From positions 96,409-160,408 of the forward strand of contig CACFYZ010000001.1 in the NCBI GenBank assembly GCA_902570675.1: 64,000 nucleotides of DNA. The letters are read 5' to 3'. The notes under the pieces were generated by a model, which did no database searches, was not told the DNA's origin, and was given only the letters and a program-made list of their open reading frames with translations. Shown piece by piece: positions 63,303 to 64,000 of the stretch (position 1 is its first letter; each line of letters begins with the position of its first letter). The position numbers were made by a program, and so were the translations under genes. This DNA is from an uncultured Pelagibacteraceae bacterium. GTDB lineage: Bacteria; Pseudomonadota; Alphaproteobacteria; Pelagibacterales; AG-422-B15.

Positions 63303-64000
63303 ATGAAGACTTTAATTGCATTAGTGGATGATGACAGAAATATTCTGATTTCTCTCGAAGAGTTACTTAGAAAAGAAGACTTTGAAATTCATACTTATGT
63401 TGATGGCTATTCGGCATTACAAGGAATGTTTAGATACCCACCATCTCTTGCAGTTATTGATATCAAAATGCCTAAAATGGATGGTTACGAACTATTCAGA
63501 AAAATAAGAGAAAAATTGAAAATACCTGTAATTTTTTTGACTTCAAAGGATCAAGAAGCAGACAAGTTAAAAGGCTTAATGCAAGGAGTAGATAGCTATG
63601 TGACAAAGAGCGGAAATTTCTCAAAAGAAATTCTTATTGAAACAATAAAAAATACGCTTAATAGAGTTAAGATTGATAGAGATGTAGAAGACAATAATTC
63701 TATTATTTCAGTTGGTAAACTTCGCTTGGATTGTTTAAGACATATTTGTGAATGGGATGAATATCCATTAGATGAGCCCCTTACGACCACAGAGTTTAAA
63801 ATTATAAAAGAGCTCGTTGAAAGACCGGGGATTGTTAAATCAAGAGATCGACTTATGGAAATTGCATACCGAGATGAACTAGACGTGGATGACAGAACAA
63901 TTGATAGCCACATCAAAAGAATAAGAAAAAAATTTAGAAAGTTAGATCCAAATTTTGAAGCAATTCGCACTTTATATGGAACAGGATATCAATGGAAATG
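63303..64000 (+). CDS. chvI: OmpR-family response regulator, ChvI-like (3' end lies beyond the window)
   Basis: Not in the supplied ORF track because no stop falls inside the window. My translation from the ATG at 63303 is MKTLIALVDDDRNIL...VIDIKMPKMDGYELF...TIDSHIKRIRKKF...TLYGTGYQWK, open to base 64000. The ChvI call rests on pckA synteny. Confidence 0.8.
   Translation, partial: MKTLIALVDDDRNILISLEELLRKEDFEIHTYVDGYSALQGMFRYPPSLAVIDIKMPKMDGYELFRKIREKLKIPVIFLTSKDQEADKLKGLMQGVDSYVTKSGNFSKEILIETIKNTLNRVKIDRDVEDNNSIISVGKLRLDCLRHICEWDEYPLDEPLTTTEFKIIKELVERPGIVKSRDRLMEIAYRDELDVDDRTIDSHIKRIRKKFRKLDPNFEAIRTLYGTGYQWK

Overview
This window is a strongly AT-rich, extremely gene-dense stretch of a streamlined alphaproteobacterial chromosome. 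It looks like Pelagibacterales (SAR11), judged from the family-level gene strings, about 97% coding by my tally of the gaps, and many overlapping genes. I support about 58 protein genes, almost all core housekeeping. They include rph-rdgB; rsmI-gshB; maeB; murJ-trpS; tsaB-fur-plsC-miaB-phoH-ybeY-corC-lnt-metK-trmB; nusA-infB-rbfA-truB-rpsO-pnp-purF; fabI-fabB-fabA with irr; dut-coaBC-ubiB-ubiE; mutM-rpsT-dnaA-dnaN-recF-gyrB; regB-regA; polA; and pckA with chvI. I found no rRNA, tRNA, CRISPR array, transposase, integrase, phage gene or recognisable defence gene. I see no clear novel system, and most of the window is ordinary. These items merit a second look:

1. An iron-controlled operon encodes a rubredoxin-less rubrerythrin, an HdrD/GlpC-like CCG iron-sulfur protein and a DUF3501-like protein. 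It is preceded by a Fur-box palindrome and a perfect Irr ICE box, and it contains an internal UUCG-loop terminator.
2. A 403-aa ferritin-like diiron protein is divergently paired with an 894-aa RND/MMPL-type exporter. An ABC ATPase with no adjacent permease abuts the exporter.
3. maeB is split by a 1-nt change in an A8 run.
4. Eight of nine convergent gene junctions overlap, and five share the tetranucleotide TTAA as both stop codons.
5. The nusA leader carries a promoter-like element followed by an intrinsic terminator.
6. The chvI-like response regulator at the 3' edge is missing from the supplied ORF track.
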